Origin: Trichormus sp. ATA11-4-KO1
GTDB lineage: Bacteria > Cyanobacteriota > Cyanobacteriia > Cyanobacteriales > Nostocaceae
Assembly: GCA_019358915.1 (NCBI GenBank)
Contig: JAHHIM010000073.1
Coordinates: 292,003-356,002 of the forward strand
Length of the DNA: 64,000 nucleotides
Direction: 5' to 3'
Shown: piece by piece, positions 9,630-20,261 of the stretch
How the letters are laid out: every line of letters begins with the position of its first letter
Numbering within the stretch: the stretch's first letter is position 1
Notes under the pieces: model-generated
What the model saw: only the letters and a program-made list of their open reading frames with translations
Databases searched by the model: none
Told to the model about the DNA's origin: nothing
Program-made: the position numbers and the translations under genes

Positions 9630-10592
9630 ATGATGCAAGCGTTTGTGACTGGTGGTTCTGGGTTTGTGGGTAGTCACCTAATCAGTTTGCTGCAAGAGCG
9701 AGGTTATACAGTGAAGGCATTGGCGCGATCGCCTCAAGCAGCACAGCGAGTAGCAGTATTAGGGGCAAAAGTTGTTCTGGGTGATTTACTAAACGAGCCA
9801 GCAATGATGCAGGGAATGCAAGGGTGTGAGGTGGTGTTTCACGTTGCAGGCTTTCTAGGTGGTTGGGGTAAATACAAGGCATTTTATGAAGCAAATGTCA
9901 TAGGAACAGAGCGATCGCTACGTGCAGCTAAAACGGCTGGTGTTTCCCGCTTTGTGCAGGTGGGTGCGTCAGCCGTAGTCATGGATAAACAGGCAATTTT
10001 TAATGCTGATGAAAGTCTTCCCTTACAGCCATCATCCTTTTCAGCCTACATCGCTACCAAAAGTCTGGCGGAACAGCGAGTAATTGCCGCGAATGCACCA
10101 GGATTTATCACATCAGTAGTTCGTCCTTCATGGATTTGGGGGAAAGGTGACCATGCAATTCCCAATATTGCTAATGCAGTCCGCCACAATCAATTTATTT
10201 GGATTGATCAGGGTAATTATCCTTACGTCACAACGGTAACTAACGTTTGTCATGGAACTATCTTGGCAGCTGAGCGTAGTCTTGGAGGTCAGGCTTACTT
10301 TCTGGGTGATGATGGAGTTGTGAACTTTCGTGATTGGGTAACAACACTACTGCAAATAGAAGGAGTCAATCCTGGAAACAGAAGCATTCCTTACGCTTTT
10401 GCCTGGAGGATTGCGGGTTTTCTAGAATTTTTGTGGAAAATCCAACAACGGGATGATATGCCACCCATAACTCAAACTATGGCGAGATTAATTGGTAGAG
10501 GATTTACCTTTAGCGATCGCAAAGCCCGTGATGAATTGGGTTATGTGCCAATCGTGACTCGTGAACAAGGATTAGCAGAACTTAGCCCATAA
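9630..10592 (+). CDS. NAD-dependent epimerase/dehydratase (3-beta-HSD-like extended SDR)
   Basis: TGGSGFVG, YIATK, RPSWIWG. Confidence 0.88.
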   Translation: MMQAFVTGGSGFVGSHLISLLQERGYTVKALARSPQAAQRVAVLGAKVVLGDLLNEPAMMQGMQGCEVVFHVAGFLGGWGKYKAFYEANVIGTERSLRAAKTAGVSRFVQVGASAVVMDKQAIFNADESLPLQPSSFSAYIATKSLAEQRVIAANAPGFITSVVRPSWIWGKGDHAIPNIANAVRHNQFIWIDQGNYPYVTTVTNVCHGTILAAERSLGGQAYFLGDDGVVNFRDWVTTLLQIEGVNPGNRSIPYAFAWRIAGFLEFLWKIQQRDDMPPITQTMARLIGRGFTFSDRKARDELGYVPIVTREQGLAELSP

Positions 10593-10675
10593 CACGTAGC
10601 AACTTGCCATAGACATTACCCTCATTAATCAATATACAGTGAGAGTAAAATTGAGATAATACATCAAATATAGCT

Positions 10676-11329
10676 ATGATTAGTAACACTTTAATTGAAC
10701 CAACAGAAATCGTCCATTTATCAGGTATTAGTTGGCAAACCTATGAAAACTTGCTCACTGAACTTAGTGTTAATCGCCGCCTGCGACTTACCTATAATCG
10801 CGGTACTTTAGAAATCATGGTTCCTTCTCCTGAACACGAACGTTATAAAAGTCTAGTAGGTCGATTTGTCGAAACTCTCGCTGAAGAACTAGAAGTTAGA
10901 ATTGAACCGCTTGGTTCTACCACTTTCAAACGCCCAGAATTAAGTGGTGCTGAACCAGATGAATGCTTTTATTTGAAAAATGTTAATTTTATTAAAGGCA
11001 AAAAAAGAATTGATTTGCAACAAGACCCGCCACCAGATTTAGTAGTGGAAGTTGATATTACCAGCAGTGCTAAAAATCGCTTTCAAGTTTACGCTGATAT
11101 GGGTGTGCCAGAAATTTGGCGATATGATGGCAATGATTTTAGTATAAATATTTTGCAAGATAAACAATATATAGCTGTTGAGCAAAGCTTATCTTTTCCC
11201 AATCTGCCACTAACAGAAATTGCTGATTTTTTACAACAGGTGGGAGAAAAAGATTATTTAGAATTAGTCAAAGAATTTCGTAACTGGGTGAAAAGCCAAA
11301 TTCAACAAAAAAATTCAACCACAGATTAA
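10676..11329 (+). CDS. Uma2-family endonuclease
   Basis: ISWQTYE, PSPEHE, EPDECFY, PPDLVVEVD, GVPEIWRYD. Confidence 0.92.
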   Translation: MISNTLIEPTEIVHLSGISWQTYENLLTELSVNRRLRLTYNRGTLEIMVPSPEHERYKSLVGRFVETLAEELEVRIEPLGSTTFKRPELSGAEPDECFYLKNVNFIKGKKRIDLQQDPPPDLVVEVDITSSAKNRFQVYADMGVPEIWRYDGNDFSINILQDKQYIAVEQSLSFPNLPLTEIADFLQQVGEKDYLELVKEFRNWVKSQIQQKNSTTD

Positions 11330-11346
11330 GACATGGTATTCCCTAA

Positions 11347-12723
11347 TTACGAATTAGACAAATCTTCTACGTCACTGGCTGCATTTGGTAACGCGGCTGT
11401 GAGAACTTCACTACCCGTTTCTGTAACTAAAACATCATCTTCTATGCGAATTCCTCGCACATCGGCAAATTGAGATAATCGTTGCCAATTCACCACATTT
11501 TCATATTTTGCCCGCATTTCTCTATTATTTAAAATGGCTGGGACTTGATAAAATCCCGGTTCAATTGTCACCAACATCCCTGGACAAAGGGGACGATTTA
11601 AACGCAGGTAGCCCCAGCCAAAGCGATCGCTCCTTGTTCTTCCCTCTTCATAGCCTGCTAAATCGCCTAAGTCTTCCATATCATGCACATCTAAGCCGAG
11701 TAGATGACCGATACCGTGGGGAAAAAACAGGGCGTGAGCATCCATTTCGACTAAATCTTGGGGATTTCCTGGTAAAATGCCTAAATCTACCAAACCTTCA
11801 GCGATGACTGTAGCGGCTAGTAGATGAATATCCTTATACTCTACATCAGGGCGTATTTTGGCAATGCACGCATCATGAGCTGCCAGTACCACATCATAAA
11901 TATCTCTTTGGGTAGATGAAAATTTGCCAGAAACTGGCCAAGTTCGCGTGACATCAGCAGCCCATCCCATCTCGGTTTCTGCACCCACATCAGCAAGCAA
12001 TAAGTCACCTGGTTTTAGCGGATGGTAATATTGCTCGTTATGTAAAACTTCGCCGTGGACGGTAACAATACTGTTGTAGGAAGTAGTCATGTTGTGAGAT
12101 ATGATGACTCCTTCTATAGCCGCTCGGACTTCTGCTTCTAGTTTCGCTTTTGATGTGGCTGCCATACCAGCTTTGTGTGCTGCAACGGTAACAGCAGCTG
12201 CTTTGCGTAATTCAGTTAATGCGCTTTCATCATGGGAGAGGCGGAGGGAGATGATGGCTTTGGCTAACTCTAAGTCAATTTCTTGGGGAGGTTGTTGTGG
12301 TAACACCCATCTTTTTAATAGCTGGGACTGCTGCGTCCAAGTAGCGGCATCTTGCACAGCGATTGTGGCTGCACCTTCTAGCCGAGATTCTAATTCTGCC
12401 ATTGGTCGAGCAGCATCAGCGCCTATTTTCTGGGCTATTTCGTCACGGGTGGGCATTTCTCCATGCCAAAGGGCGCTGCTAGGTTGAGGATCATCTATGA
12501 ATAGTTCTAGCTTGCCTGCTTCTAGGCGAATAGCAGCGTTTGGCAATGGCAATCCAGCAAAATAAAGGAAGTGGCTGCTGGCGCGAAATGGGTAGACGTT
12601 GGCAGGGAAGTTGCGCGGATTGCTACTTCCTGACCACAAAATTGCGGGAAAATCGATGAGGTTAGTTAGTTGTTGACGTCGATGGCGTAGGGTATCAACG
12701 AGGGAGTTCGAGGTTTTTTGCAT
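11347..12723 (-). CDS. pepP: Aminopeptidase P (M24B)
   Basis: DVTRT, HGIGHLLGLDVHD, EPGFY, GIRIEDD. Confidence 0.9.
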   Translation of the reverse strand: MQKTSNSLVDTLRHRRQQLTNLIDFPAILWSGSSNPRNFPANVYPFRASSHFLYFAGLPLPNAAIRLEAGKLELFIDDPQPSSALWHGEMPTRDEIAQKIGADAARPMAELESRLEGAATIAVQDAATWTQQSQLLKRWVLPQQPPQEIDLELAKAIISLRLSHDESALTELRKAAAVTVAAHKAGMAATSKAKLEAEVRAAIEGVIISHNMTTSYNSIVTVHGEVLHNEQYYHPLKPGDLLLADVGAETEMGWAADVTRTWPVSGKFSSTQRDIYDVVLAAHDACIAKIRPDVEYKDIHLLAATVIAEGLVDLGILPGNPQDLVEMDAHALFFPHGIGHLLGLDVHDMEDLGDLAGYEEGRTRSDRFGWGYLRLNRPLCPGMLVTIEPGFYQVPAILNNREMRAKYENVVNWQRLSQFADVRGIRIEDDVLVTETGSEVLTAALPNAASDVEDLSNS

Positions 12724-12890
12724 AACATAAATGGTGTAAATATTCTGAACTTACTTCCAGGCTTCATGACTACCTCAAACTTATCTCATAAGGTTGAGAT
12801 AAGTTTTTGCAGCGCTGGGACTTAATGCGCCGTTTTCAATACTGCGATCGCGATCGCCAGGGATAAAACTGTCCTGTACAGCGCTAATGC

Positions 12891-13299
12891 TCACGGCAAC
12901 CACAATTCCAGGCTCTTGAACCAACTCAAATCTCTGTAATCCAATAGTCCAAACAGTAGCATCATAAAGCTGAGCCACCGCTACGACAGAGGCATCCTCT
13001 AAACTTCCTTGCCAGTCTGGTATCTGACGAACCATGCTGTAAATATCCTGAAACATTTCCATGCTCAGTGGTACGGTTACTGTGCTCTCGCTAATGACAG
13101 CTAATGCAGTCATTGCAGCATGGCTCGATTGTTCTCGCAGCACAAACTTGTAAACTTCAAACAACACTGGTATAGGAGTAAGAACTTCACCAAACAACGC
13201 TGGTAACTGACTAAAACCTGCTTTGCATTCCTGATGGTAGTCATCTTGGACAGAAACCAGGGCAATCAAGGGGCCTGCATCCAAAACAAGACGCTTCAT
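12891..13299 (-). pseudogene. PIN-domain (VapC) toxin with a +1 frameshift near the C-terminus
   Basis: LVLDAGPLIA, LFEVY, LEDAS. Removing one G at 12941/12942 restores VWTIDYRDLSWFKSLELWLP* (135 aa). Confidence 0.75.
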
Positions 13300-13511
13300 C
13301 CTTGTATCAAATAATTCTCATTAACTGATGCATCCGTAGGAGCATTTTCTACGATTCCTGCTAACGATAGTAGCCTTGAACTATTTTTGGGACGTAACTT
13401 TTCTGCCAGTGCTGCCTGTACAACACTTGATGGATTTTGTTCTGGGTGGTCTTTTAAGTATTCGTTAAGTTGTGTCCACAACTCATCAGGAATATAAAGT
13501 GTTCGTTTCAT
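13296..13511 (-). CDS. Putative antitoxin (RHH-like)
   Basis: MKRTLYIPDELW beta-alpha-alpha pattern; ATGA overlap with the PIN gene. Confidence 0.75.
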   Translation of the reverse strand: MKRTLYIPDELWTQLNEYLKDHPEQNPSSVVQAALAEKLRPKNSSRLLSLAGIVENAPTDASVNENYLIQG

Positions 13512-13528
13512 CTTGTTAGCCTCTGCAA

Positions 13529-13546
13529 GTACAACCTTAGTTGTAC
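13529..13546. promoter_or_regulatory. Candidate TA autorepression operator
   Basis: GTACAAC-CTTA-GTTGTAC palindrome just downstream of a minus-strand TAAAAT. Confidence 0.55.
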
Positions 13547-13698
13547 CTCCATTTTACTTGCTGGAGCGCGAACGCTAATCGTAGCGGAATTTATCGGGCT
13601 ATATTTCTATGGGAAAATACTTAAAAAAGTTGCTTTACTGTTTTAGTCACGGCCACTGATTGAACCACAAAAAACTATAGGCAAGAAGTGAGGATTAG

Positions 13699-14496
13699 AT
13701 GGGACAGGTTATTACTCAAGTTGATGCTTTTACTGATAAAGCTTTTGCGGGGAATCCGGCGGCTGTTTGTGTTTTGTCTGAGTCTCAAGATGATGGCTGG
13801 ATGCAGAATGTGGCGCAGGAGATGAATTTATCTGAGACGGCTTTTCTGGTGAGGCAGGATGATGGTTTTAGTTTGCGCTGGTTTACACCCACTATGGAAG
13901 TACCACTTTGTGGTCACGCAACTTTGGCTAGCGCTCATGTACTTTGGTCTGAGGGGCATTTGTTACCTGATGCAGTTGCCCGGTTTTATACTAAAAGCGG
14001 TGTTTTGATGGCCAAGCGGTTGGGTGAGTGGATTGAGTTAGATTTTCCTGTGAACCGCTCACAAGCAACTGTCGCCCCTCCAGCACTGAGTGAGGCTTTG
14101 GGTGTACCTTGTAAATCTGTTTTACAGAATTCTTTGGGGTATTTAGTAGAAGTAGAGTCTGAAGATGTGGTAAGGCAAATGCAGCCTAATTTTCAGCAAC
14201 TGAAAACTTTGCCTGTGGCGAAGGTAATTGTGACTAGCCTGACTCATCCTGATTCAAAGTATGATTTCGTCTCTCGCTTCTTTGCACCGGGAGTAGGAAT
14301 TGATGAAGATCCGGTGACTGGATCTGCCCATTGTTGCTTGGCAGCTTTCTGGTGCGATCGCCTGGGTAAGGATGAGTTTTTGGCTGATCAAGCATCCCGT
14401 CGCGGTGGTGTAGTTAAGGTGCGGTATCCAGGAGGCGATCGCGTGTTTCTCTCTGGACAAGCAGTAACTGTAATGCGAGGCGAATTGTTGACTTAA
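13699..14496 (+). CDS. PhzF-family isomerase
   Basis: VDAF..GNPAAV, LSETAF, EVPLCGHATLA, EDPVTGSAH. Confidence 0.93.
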   Translation: MGQVITQVDAFTDKAFAGNPAAVCVLSESQDDGWMQNVAQEMNLSETAFLVRQDDGFSLRWFTPTMEVPLCGHATLASAHVLWSEGHLLPDAVARFYTKSGVLMAKRLGEWIELDFPVNRSQATVAPPALSEALGVPCKSVLQNSLGYLVEVESEDVVRQMQPNFQQLKTLPVAKVIVTSLTHPDSKYDFVSRFFAPGVGIDEDPVTGSAHCCLAAFWCDRLGKDEFLADQASRRGGVVKVRYPGGDRVFLSGQAVTVMRGELLT

Positions 14497-14951
14497 GATG
14501 CATCCGGCAAAAACTCAGTATCCATAATTTGGGCAATACTGTAAGGACACTCCACGGGAAATTTATCCTGTGGTAGTTCAGTTTCATTCATAGCCGCCTT
14601 CAATCCGCGATGGTAGCACTCAGCTAAAACCTCTTCTGGATATGATTTGAGACTAGGACTATCTTGCAATAAATCTGCTATGCGGTTGCGTTGCTCATCA
14701 ATGGTATTTCGCCAGGAGCCACTCCGTAAAATAGACTGATATTGCCACTTGAGCAAATGCTGAATTAACACCTCCAAACGACTTTTCAACTCCCGCCGAT
14801 CTGACCGCCCCAAGCTTTCAATTTCCTCAATCACAGCATCCCAATCTACTTGTGCAAATTTTCCAGCCCGAATGAGTTGCACAGTCTGTTCTGTCCATGC
14901 TACAAAGTCTGTTTCATACAAATGAGGTATAGTTTTTGAGATCGGGGTCAT
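14493..14951 (-). CDS. DUF29-family protein
   Basis: LYETDFVAW, IEEIESLGRS, HLLKWQYQ, SPSLK, FPVECPY. Confidence 0.9.
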   Translation of the reverse strand: MTPISKTIPHLYETDFVAWTEQTVQLIRAGKFAQVDWDAVIEEIESLGRSDRRELKSRLEVLIQHLLKWQYQSILRSGSWRNTIDEQRNRIADLLQDSPSLKSYPEEVLAECYHRGLKAAMNETELPQDKFPVECPYSIAQIMDTEFLPDAS

Positions 14952-15057
14952 ATGCTCTGGTAATCCACGGTGGAAGAGCTAGATTTAGAATATTTTACTC
15001 TTATGTTAACTTCAGGTGGGATATATATTGTAATTTGTCTAACCTGAAATAGCTCAT

Positions 15058-15596
15058 ATGACATTTTATGCATCAGACAATTCTAATAGCATTGAAGTAA
15101 ATGAAATTTGCTTTGAAACTTTGGTTGCTGAAGAAACAATTTGTCTGCCCAAGTATGGGGAACAAACATCTGTTCAATTTGGTGTTCGCATTGTTAATAA
15201 AACATCAACTCTCTATCGCTTTGATTTGCCCTATTTCTTACCAGAAATATTAAATAATTACGGACAATTTATGCAAATTTCTTTAAATAAAAATGCAACA
15301 AGGGAGGTAGAGGAATCAGATATCCCGTTAATCATTCCTGGAGAAAGTTGGGAATTTTAATAGATGCTCAATTTAGTTGGTACGGCGAAAATTGTCTACA
15401 GCTTTTAGGGAATGCAATTTATGGCGGTATTTGGATTTTCTGGTACATTCAGTCTGGCAAATATCAAGTTAGGTTCACCTATGAAAATCAATTATTTAAG
15501 AAAAAAATGATTACCTTGAAAGAAGGAAGAATTGAATTGGATAGATTTTGGACAGGGAAAATCATAACATCTTTTAAAAGCTTGTATCTCAGCTAA
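15058..15596 (+). pseudogene. Hypothetical protein split by a 1-bp frameshift
   Basis: Two overlapping ORFs join into 179 aa if one T is added to TTTT at 15355-15358. Confidence 0.6.
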
Positions 15597-15628
15597 AGCT
15601 TCAATATATATTGAAATAGGTTTATCTT

Positions 15629-16078
15629 TTGGTTACACAAATGCCTGCTCAACAAAAAAACAACCGAAGTCCTCTCACATCTTGTGACTGGCCAATTGAG
15701 GAACTACCGGGATTAAGTCAGGAAGAAAAATCCCGATTCCAAAATTGTGGAATTAAAACCACAAAAGAACTCATCAAACACGGAAAAACTGCTGAAACTA
15801 GGGTGAACTTAGCCAATAAATTGCAAGTAAATCTTCAGTATGTAAATAAATGGATTGCCCTAGCCGATTTGTCCCGAATTCCTAGCGTGGGAATGCAATA
15901 TTGCGGTCTATTACTTCATGCAGGTATTGGTTCTGTAGCACAATTATCTCAAACTCCCACCCACAGATTGCATCAACAAATTATGCGCTTGCAAGTAGCA
16001 ACAATGCAACGCCGAGATTTGTGTCCCGCCATTGAGTTAGTGCAGCAATGGAGTCAACAAGCAAAACAAATTACCTAA
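15629..16078 (+). CDS. DUF4332 (HhH-like) protein
   Basis: WPIEELPGL, WIALADLSRIPSVGMQYCGLLLHAG. Confidence 0.85.
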   Translation: MVTQMPAQQKNNRSPLTSCDWPIEELPGLSQEEKSRFQNCGIKTTKELIKHGKTAETRVNLANKLQVNLQYVNKWIALADLSRIPSVGMQYCGLLLHAGIGSVAQLSQTPTHRLHQQIMRLQVATMQRRDLCPAIELVQQWSQQAKQIT

Positions 16079-16082
16079 AACT

Positions 16083-16120
16083 CGTTCATCAGCGTTCATC
16101 GGCGTTCATCGGCGTTCAAT
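16083..16120. repeat. 10-bp tandem repeat (cgttcatcrg)x~4
   Basis: cgttcatcagcgttcatcggcgttcatcggcgttcaat between convergent genes. Confidence 0.85.
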
Positions 16121-16734
16121 TATTCCTTAGCTAAGACTCCATTGAGAAAAATATCAGCCAATCCTTCAGCCATCTGCTGCATTTCTTGGGGCGAAGCGTC
16201 GGGTTCCATCAGGGTGTTGTCAGAAAAACCCGCGATCGCAAACATTCCTAAGAAAACTTTGGCAACTAGTTTGGCATCAGTTTGACGATAAATGCCTTTA
16301 TCCATAGCTGTTTGAAAGAAAGCTTCGGCCACATCCGTCATTTTGTTAATCACTTCGATTTGAATGCGATCGCGCAAGTCTGGATGAAACTGCACTTCCA
16401 TGAAACAAACGCGCATCAAATCGACATTTTTGTGTAAATTCCACATTCGACGGCGCATCACCTGGGCAACAGCCTTATAACTGCCCATTTCGCTCAATTC
16501 TGTGAGCAAATCTGTTAAAATGTCCACCCAGCCACTAGTAGCTACCTCAACTAAAATTGACTTTTTATTGGGAAAATGGCGAAACAGGGTGCCCTCAGCA
16601 ACTCCTGCTGCTTGGGCTAAATCGCGGGTGGTAGTGCCATCAAATCCCTTAGAGGCAAACAAACGCTGTGCCGCCTGTAAAATGCGGGTGCGTGTTTGTG
16701 CTTCTGAGGGTGGGGGAGAATTAAAAACTCGCAT
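16120..16734 (-). CDS. TetR/AcrR-family regulator
   Basis: GFDGTTTRDLAQAAGVAEGTLFRHF. Confidence 0.93.
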   Translation of the reverse strand: MRVFNSPPPSEAQTRTRILQAAQRLFASKGFDGTTTRDLAQAAGVAEGTLFRHFPNKKSILVEVATSGWVDILTDLLTELSEMGSYKAVAQVMRRRMWNLHKNVDLMRVCFMEVQFHPDLRDRIQIEVINKMTDVAEAFFQTAMDKGIYRQTDAKLVAKVFLGMFAIAGFSDNTLMEPDASPQEMQQMAEGLADIFLNGVLAKE

Positions 16735-16885
16735 AAAAATTATTGTGTGATCTTCGGAACACGACTTGTAGCATTATTGTCTAACGTCAGGTACAAAAAG
16801 CACAGAAAGCTTAATACAAGATTAACGCCCTGTTTGGTAGGTAGCATGTTTCTCAGGTAGTGGAACTTTAGTTTAATTGTCGCTT

Positions 16886-18673
16886 ATGAATCAGCCCACC
16901 CGTTCAAGTTTGGATTTTGCGAAAAGTTTTGTGGAGAAGCCAGCACTACACAGAGAAGTCGTAAAGAGGGTTTCCCTCCAGGCGAACTTCTCTGAGATTT
17001 TTCCAACCCAGGCGACTGGCTGTAATCTTCTTGGGGAGCAAACTTTTCTAGGCGGATTTCGGATTTGGGATTGCGCCAATCAAGTATCCGTTATGTTGCG
17101 TCGGCTATTGCCAATTTTGATGGCAACAATAATTTTATGGTGGGGATTAACGCCAGAAGTGGCTCTAGCTCAGACTCAGACTGCACCTCCCCAAAGAACC
17201 CTGCGACCTGGCAAAATTCCCACCCCAGCCGAGCAAAGTTCGATTCAACCTTATTTGGATCGGGTGATTGAGCAGTTGACGGAGTTTCGCCTTGACAATG
17301 GGATGAAGTTCATTGTCTTGGAACGACATCAAGCACCTGTAGTTTCTTTTGTTACTTATGCCGATGTTGGTGGTGTGGATGAGCCAGATGGAAAAACTGG
17401 TGTGGCACACTTTCTAGAACATTTAGCGTTTAAAGGGACAACGCGCATTGGTACAAAAGATTACAAAGCAGAGAAATCTTTACTAGACCGCTTAGAACAG
17501 TTGGATGCCCAAATTAGAACAGCGAAAGCCAATAACAAACAAGATGATGTGGCTCAATTGCAAACTGAGTTTAAGCAAGTAGAAGCGCAAGCAGACAAGC
17601 TAGTTAAACAAAACGAATTGGGGCAAATTGTTAACCAAGCCGGAGGTGTGGATTTAAATGCTACCACTTCGGCGGAAGCTACCCGTTACTTTTACAGCTT
17701 TCCAGCGAATAAGCTCAAACTCTGGATGTCCCTGGAATCGGAGCGCTTTCTTGACCCTGTAATTCGTCGTGAGTTTTATAAAGAAAAAGATGTCATTTTA
17801 GAAGAGCGACGGATGCGGGTGGAGAATTCGCCCATCGGCATGATGGTAGAGAAATTTATTGATACGGCTTTCAAAGTCCATCCCTACAGGCGGCCAGTGA
17901 TTGGTTATGACGAAGATATCCGCAATCTGACACCGGGAGATGTGCAGCAGTTCTTTGACACTCACTATCCACCCAGTAATTTAACGATCGCAGTTGTCGG
18001 AGATGTTGATCCAGCTGAGGTGAAAAGACTGGCACAAATTTATTTTGGCCGCTATCAGTCCAGACCCAAAGCACAAGCAAATATTCCAGCTGAACCACCA
18101 CAAACACAAACACGGGAATTTACTTTAGAACTACCTTCTCAACCTTGGTATTTAGAAGGCTATCACCGCCCAGCAGTTACCCATGCTGATCATGCCGTAT
18201 ATGAAATCATTGGTAGTTTATTGAGTGACGGGCGCACGTCGCGATTGTATAAATCTTTGGTAGAACAGCAACGCTTGGCATTAAATGCCCAAGGTTTTGG
18301 TGGTTTTCCTGGGGATAAATATCCAAATCTCATGTTATTCTATGCTCTCACTGCTCCCGGTCACACGGTTGATGAGGTGGCAATAGCTTTGCGTCAAGAA
18401 ATCGACAAATTGAAAACCGAACCTGTAACGGCGGCTGAGTTACAACGAGTGAAAACTCAAGCACGGGCGAGTTTGTTACGTAGTCTCAATTCCAACATGG
18501 GTATGGCACAGCAGTTATTGGAATATGAGGTGAAAACTGGCTCTTGGCGAAATTTATTCAAGCAGTTAGATGAAATTGCGGCGGTAACAACTGCCGATAT
18601 TCAGCGTGTGGCCAAAGCGTCGTTTACGCCAGAGAATCGCACCATTGGCAAGCTGTTGTCGAAACAGGGGTAA
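16886..18673 (+). CDS. M16 zinc peptidase, catalytic subunit (start uncertain: 16886 or 17093)
   Basis: HFLEH (HxxEH), EKDVILEE; signal peptide after M at 17093. Confidence 0.9.
   Translation: MNQPTRSSLDFAKSFVEKPALHREVVKRVSLQANFSEIFPTQATGCNLLGEQTFLGGFRIWDCANQVSVMLRRLLPILMATIILWWGLTPEVALAQTQTAPPQRTLRPGKIPTPAEQSSIQPYLDRVIEQLTEFRLDNGMKFIVLERHQAPVVSFVTYADVGGVDEPDGKTGVAHFLEHLAFKGTTRIGTKDYKAEKSLLDRLEQLDAQIRTAKANNKQDDVAQLQTEFKQVEAQADKLVKQNELGQIVNQAGGVDLNATTSAEATRYFYSFPANKLKLWMSLESERFLDPVIRREFYKEKDVILEERRMRVENSPIGMMVEKFIDTAFKVHPYRRPVIGYDEDIRNLTPGDVQQFFDTHYPPSNLTIAVVGDVDPAEVKRLAQIYFGRYQSRPKAQANIPAEPPQTQTREFTLELPSQPWYLEGYHRPAVTHADHAVYEIIGSLLSDGRTSRLYKSLVEQQRLALNAQGFGGFPGDKYPNLMLFYALTAPGHTVDEVAIALRQEIDKLKTEPVTAAELQRVKTQARASLLRSLNSNMGMAQQLLEYEVKTGSWRNLFKQLDEIAAVTTADIQRVAKASFTPENRTIGKLLSKQG
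16921..17048. repeat. Nested inverted-repeat (SDR-like) cassette
   Basis: gaaaagttt/aaacttttc encloses agccag/ctggct, which encloses cagagaagt/acttctctg, which encloses gaggg-ttt-ccctc. Confidence 0.65.
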
Positions 18674-18710
18674 GGAAAAATGAACCGCAAAGCAGGCAAA
18701 GGAAGAGAGT

Positions 18711-20249
18711 ATGCAGAGAGACAAGGTGAAGGGGAACAGGCAGATGGCATTGAAAATTCCCAGTTTTAAATTTAAACTTCGCAAGAGCAAGCGGCTTTTT
18801 TACGCTTTGATGCTGTCTGTTGCTTGTTTACTTTTAACTTTTAACTTTTCTTTGGCGGCGACGGCAGCAGCCAAGCATTACACTGAGTTAGAGTTGCCAC
18901 CACTGCCTGAGATTAAGTTACCCAAGTATGAGCGGTTTGTGCTGCAAAACGGCTTGGTTGTGTATTTAATGGAAGACCACGATCTGCCATTAGTGAATGG
19001 TACGGCGTTGGTGCGGACAGGAAGTCGCTGGGAACCTGGTGATCAAGTGGGCTTGGCTGGTTTGACAGGTGAGGTGATGCGGACTGGAGGAACTAAGAAG
19101 CATTCCCCTGATCAACTCAATGAGATGTTAGAACAAAGAGCTGCTGCCGTAGAAACTAGTATCAGCGAAGCTACAGGTAATGCGAGCTTTCAGTCACTGA
19201 GTGAAGATTTAGAAACAGTATTTGGACTGTTTGCTGAAGTACTGAGAGAGCCAGTATTTGCTCAATCAAAGCTAGATTTAGCCAAAACACAAGCTAGGGG
19301 TAGTATTGCCCGACGCAATGACGATCCAGAGAGTATTGCTAGTCGGGAATTTCAGAAATTGATCTATGGCAAAGATAGCCCTTACGCTCGCACAATAGAG
19401 TATGGCACGGTGGATAATATTTCCCGTGAGGATTTGTTGCAGTTCTACCAGCAATATTTTCACCCCAATAATATGATTTTGGGGATTGTGGGGGATTTTG
19501 AACCTAAAAAAATGCGATCGCTTATTCAAGCTAAGTTTGGGAATTGGCGGCGCCATCCCCAAATCACTAAACCTGATTTATCAGAGGTGACACCAGCTCA
19601 TACTGGTGGTGTCTTTTTTGTGAATCAGCCACAACTAACTCAGAGTAGCGTTCTGATTGGGCATTTAGGCGGTAAGTTCGACAATCCAGATTATGCAGCC
19701 CTGGATGTGATGAATGGGGTATTAAATGGATTTGGTGGCAGATTGTTAAATGAGGTGCGATCGCGCCAAGGTTTAGCTTATTCTGTTTATGGTTACTGGA
19801 GTCCCCGTTTTGATTATCCGGGGATGTTCATTGCTGGTGGACAAACGCGATCGGATGCTACTGTACAGTTTGTCAAAGCTTTACAAGCTGAAATCAAACG
19901 CATCCAAGCGCAACCTGTAACCGCTAACGAACTGGCTTTTGCTAAAGAATCTACCCTCAACTCTTTTGTATTCAACTTTCAAAACCCCAGCCAAACCTTA
20001 TCACGGCTCATGCGATATGAATATTACGGCTATCCGGCTGATTTTCTCTTCCGCTATCAAAAAGCCGTAGCCGCCACAACAGAGGCTGATGTGCAACGGG
20101 TCGCGAGAGAATACCTCAAGCCAGAAAATATGGTGACTTTAGTCGTAGGAAATCAAACCACTATTAAACCGCCGTTGACGCAGCTAGCCGCACAGGTAAC
20201 GCCAATAGATGTGACAATTCCTGATTCTCAATCACAGGCGAAGAGTTAA
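18711..20249 (+). CDS. M16 peptidase partner subunit (lacks HxxEH)
   Basis: LQNGLVVYLMEDHDLP, RLLNEVRSRQGLAYSV. Confidence 0.9.
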   Translation: MQRDKVKGNRQMALKIPSFKFKLRKSKRLFYALMLSVACLLLTFNFSLAATAAAKHYTELELPPLPEIKLPKYERFVLQNGLVVYLMEDHDLPLVNGTALVRTGSRWEPGDQVGLAGLTGEVMRTGGTKKHSPDQLNEMLEQRAAAVETSISEATGNASFQSLSEDLETVFGLFAEVLREPVFAQSKLDLAKTQARGSIARRNDDPESIASREFQKLIYGKDSPYARTIEYGTVDNISREDLLQFYQQYFHPNNMILGIVGDFEPKKMRSLIQAKFGNWRRHPQITKPDLSEVTPAHTGGVFFVNQPQLTQSSVLIGHLGGKFDNPDYAALDVMNGVLNGFGGRLLNEVRSRQGLAYSVYGYWSPRFDYPGMFIAGGQTRSDATVQFVKALQAEIKRIQAQPVTANELAFAKESTLNSFVFNFQNPSQTLSRLMRYEYYGYPADFLFRYQKAVAATTEADVQRVAREYLKPENMVTLVVGNQTTIKPPLTQLAAQVTPIDVTIPDSQSQAKS

Positions 20250-20261
20250 ACCAACAGTATC

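Noticed and set aside
16083..16120. Short tandem repeats (also other STRR runs) as a CRISPR array
   Set aside because: No unique spacers, units only 7-10 bp, no cas genes
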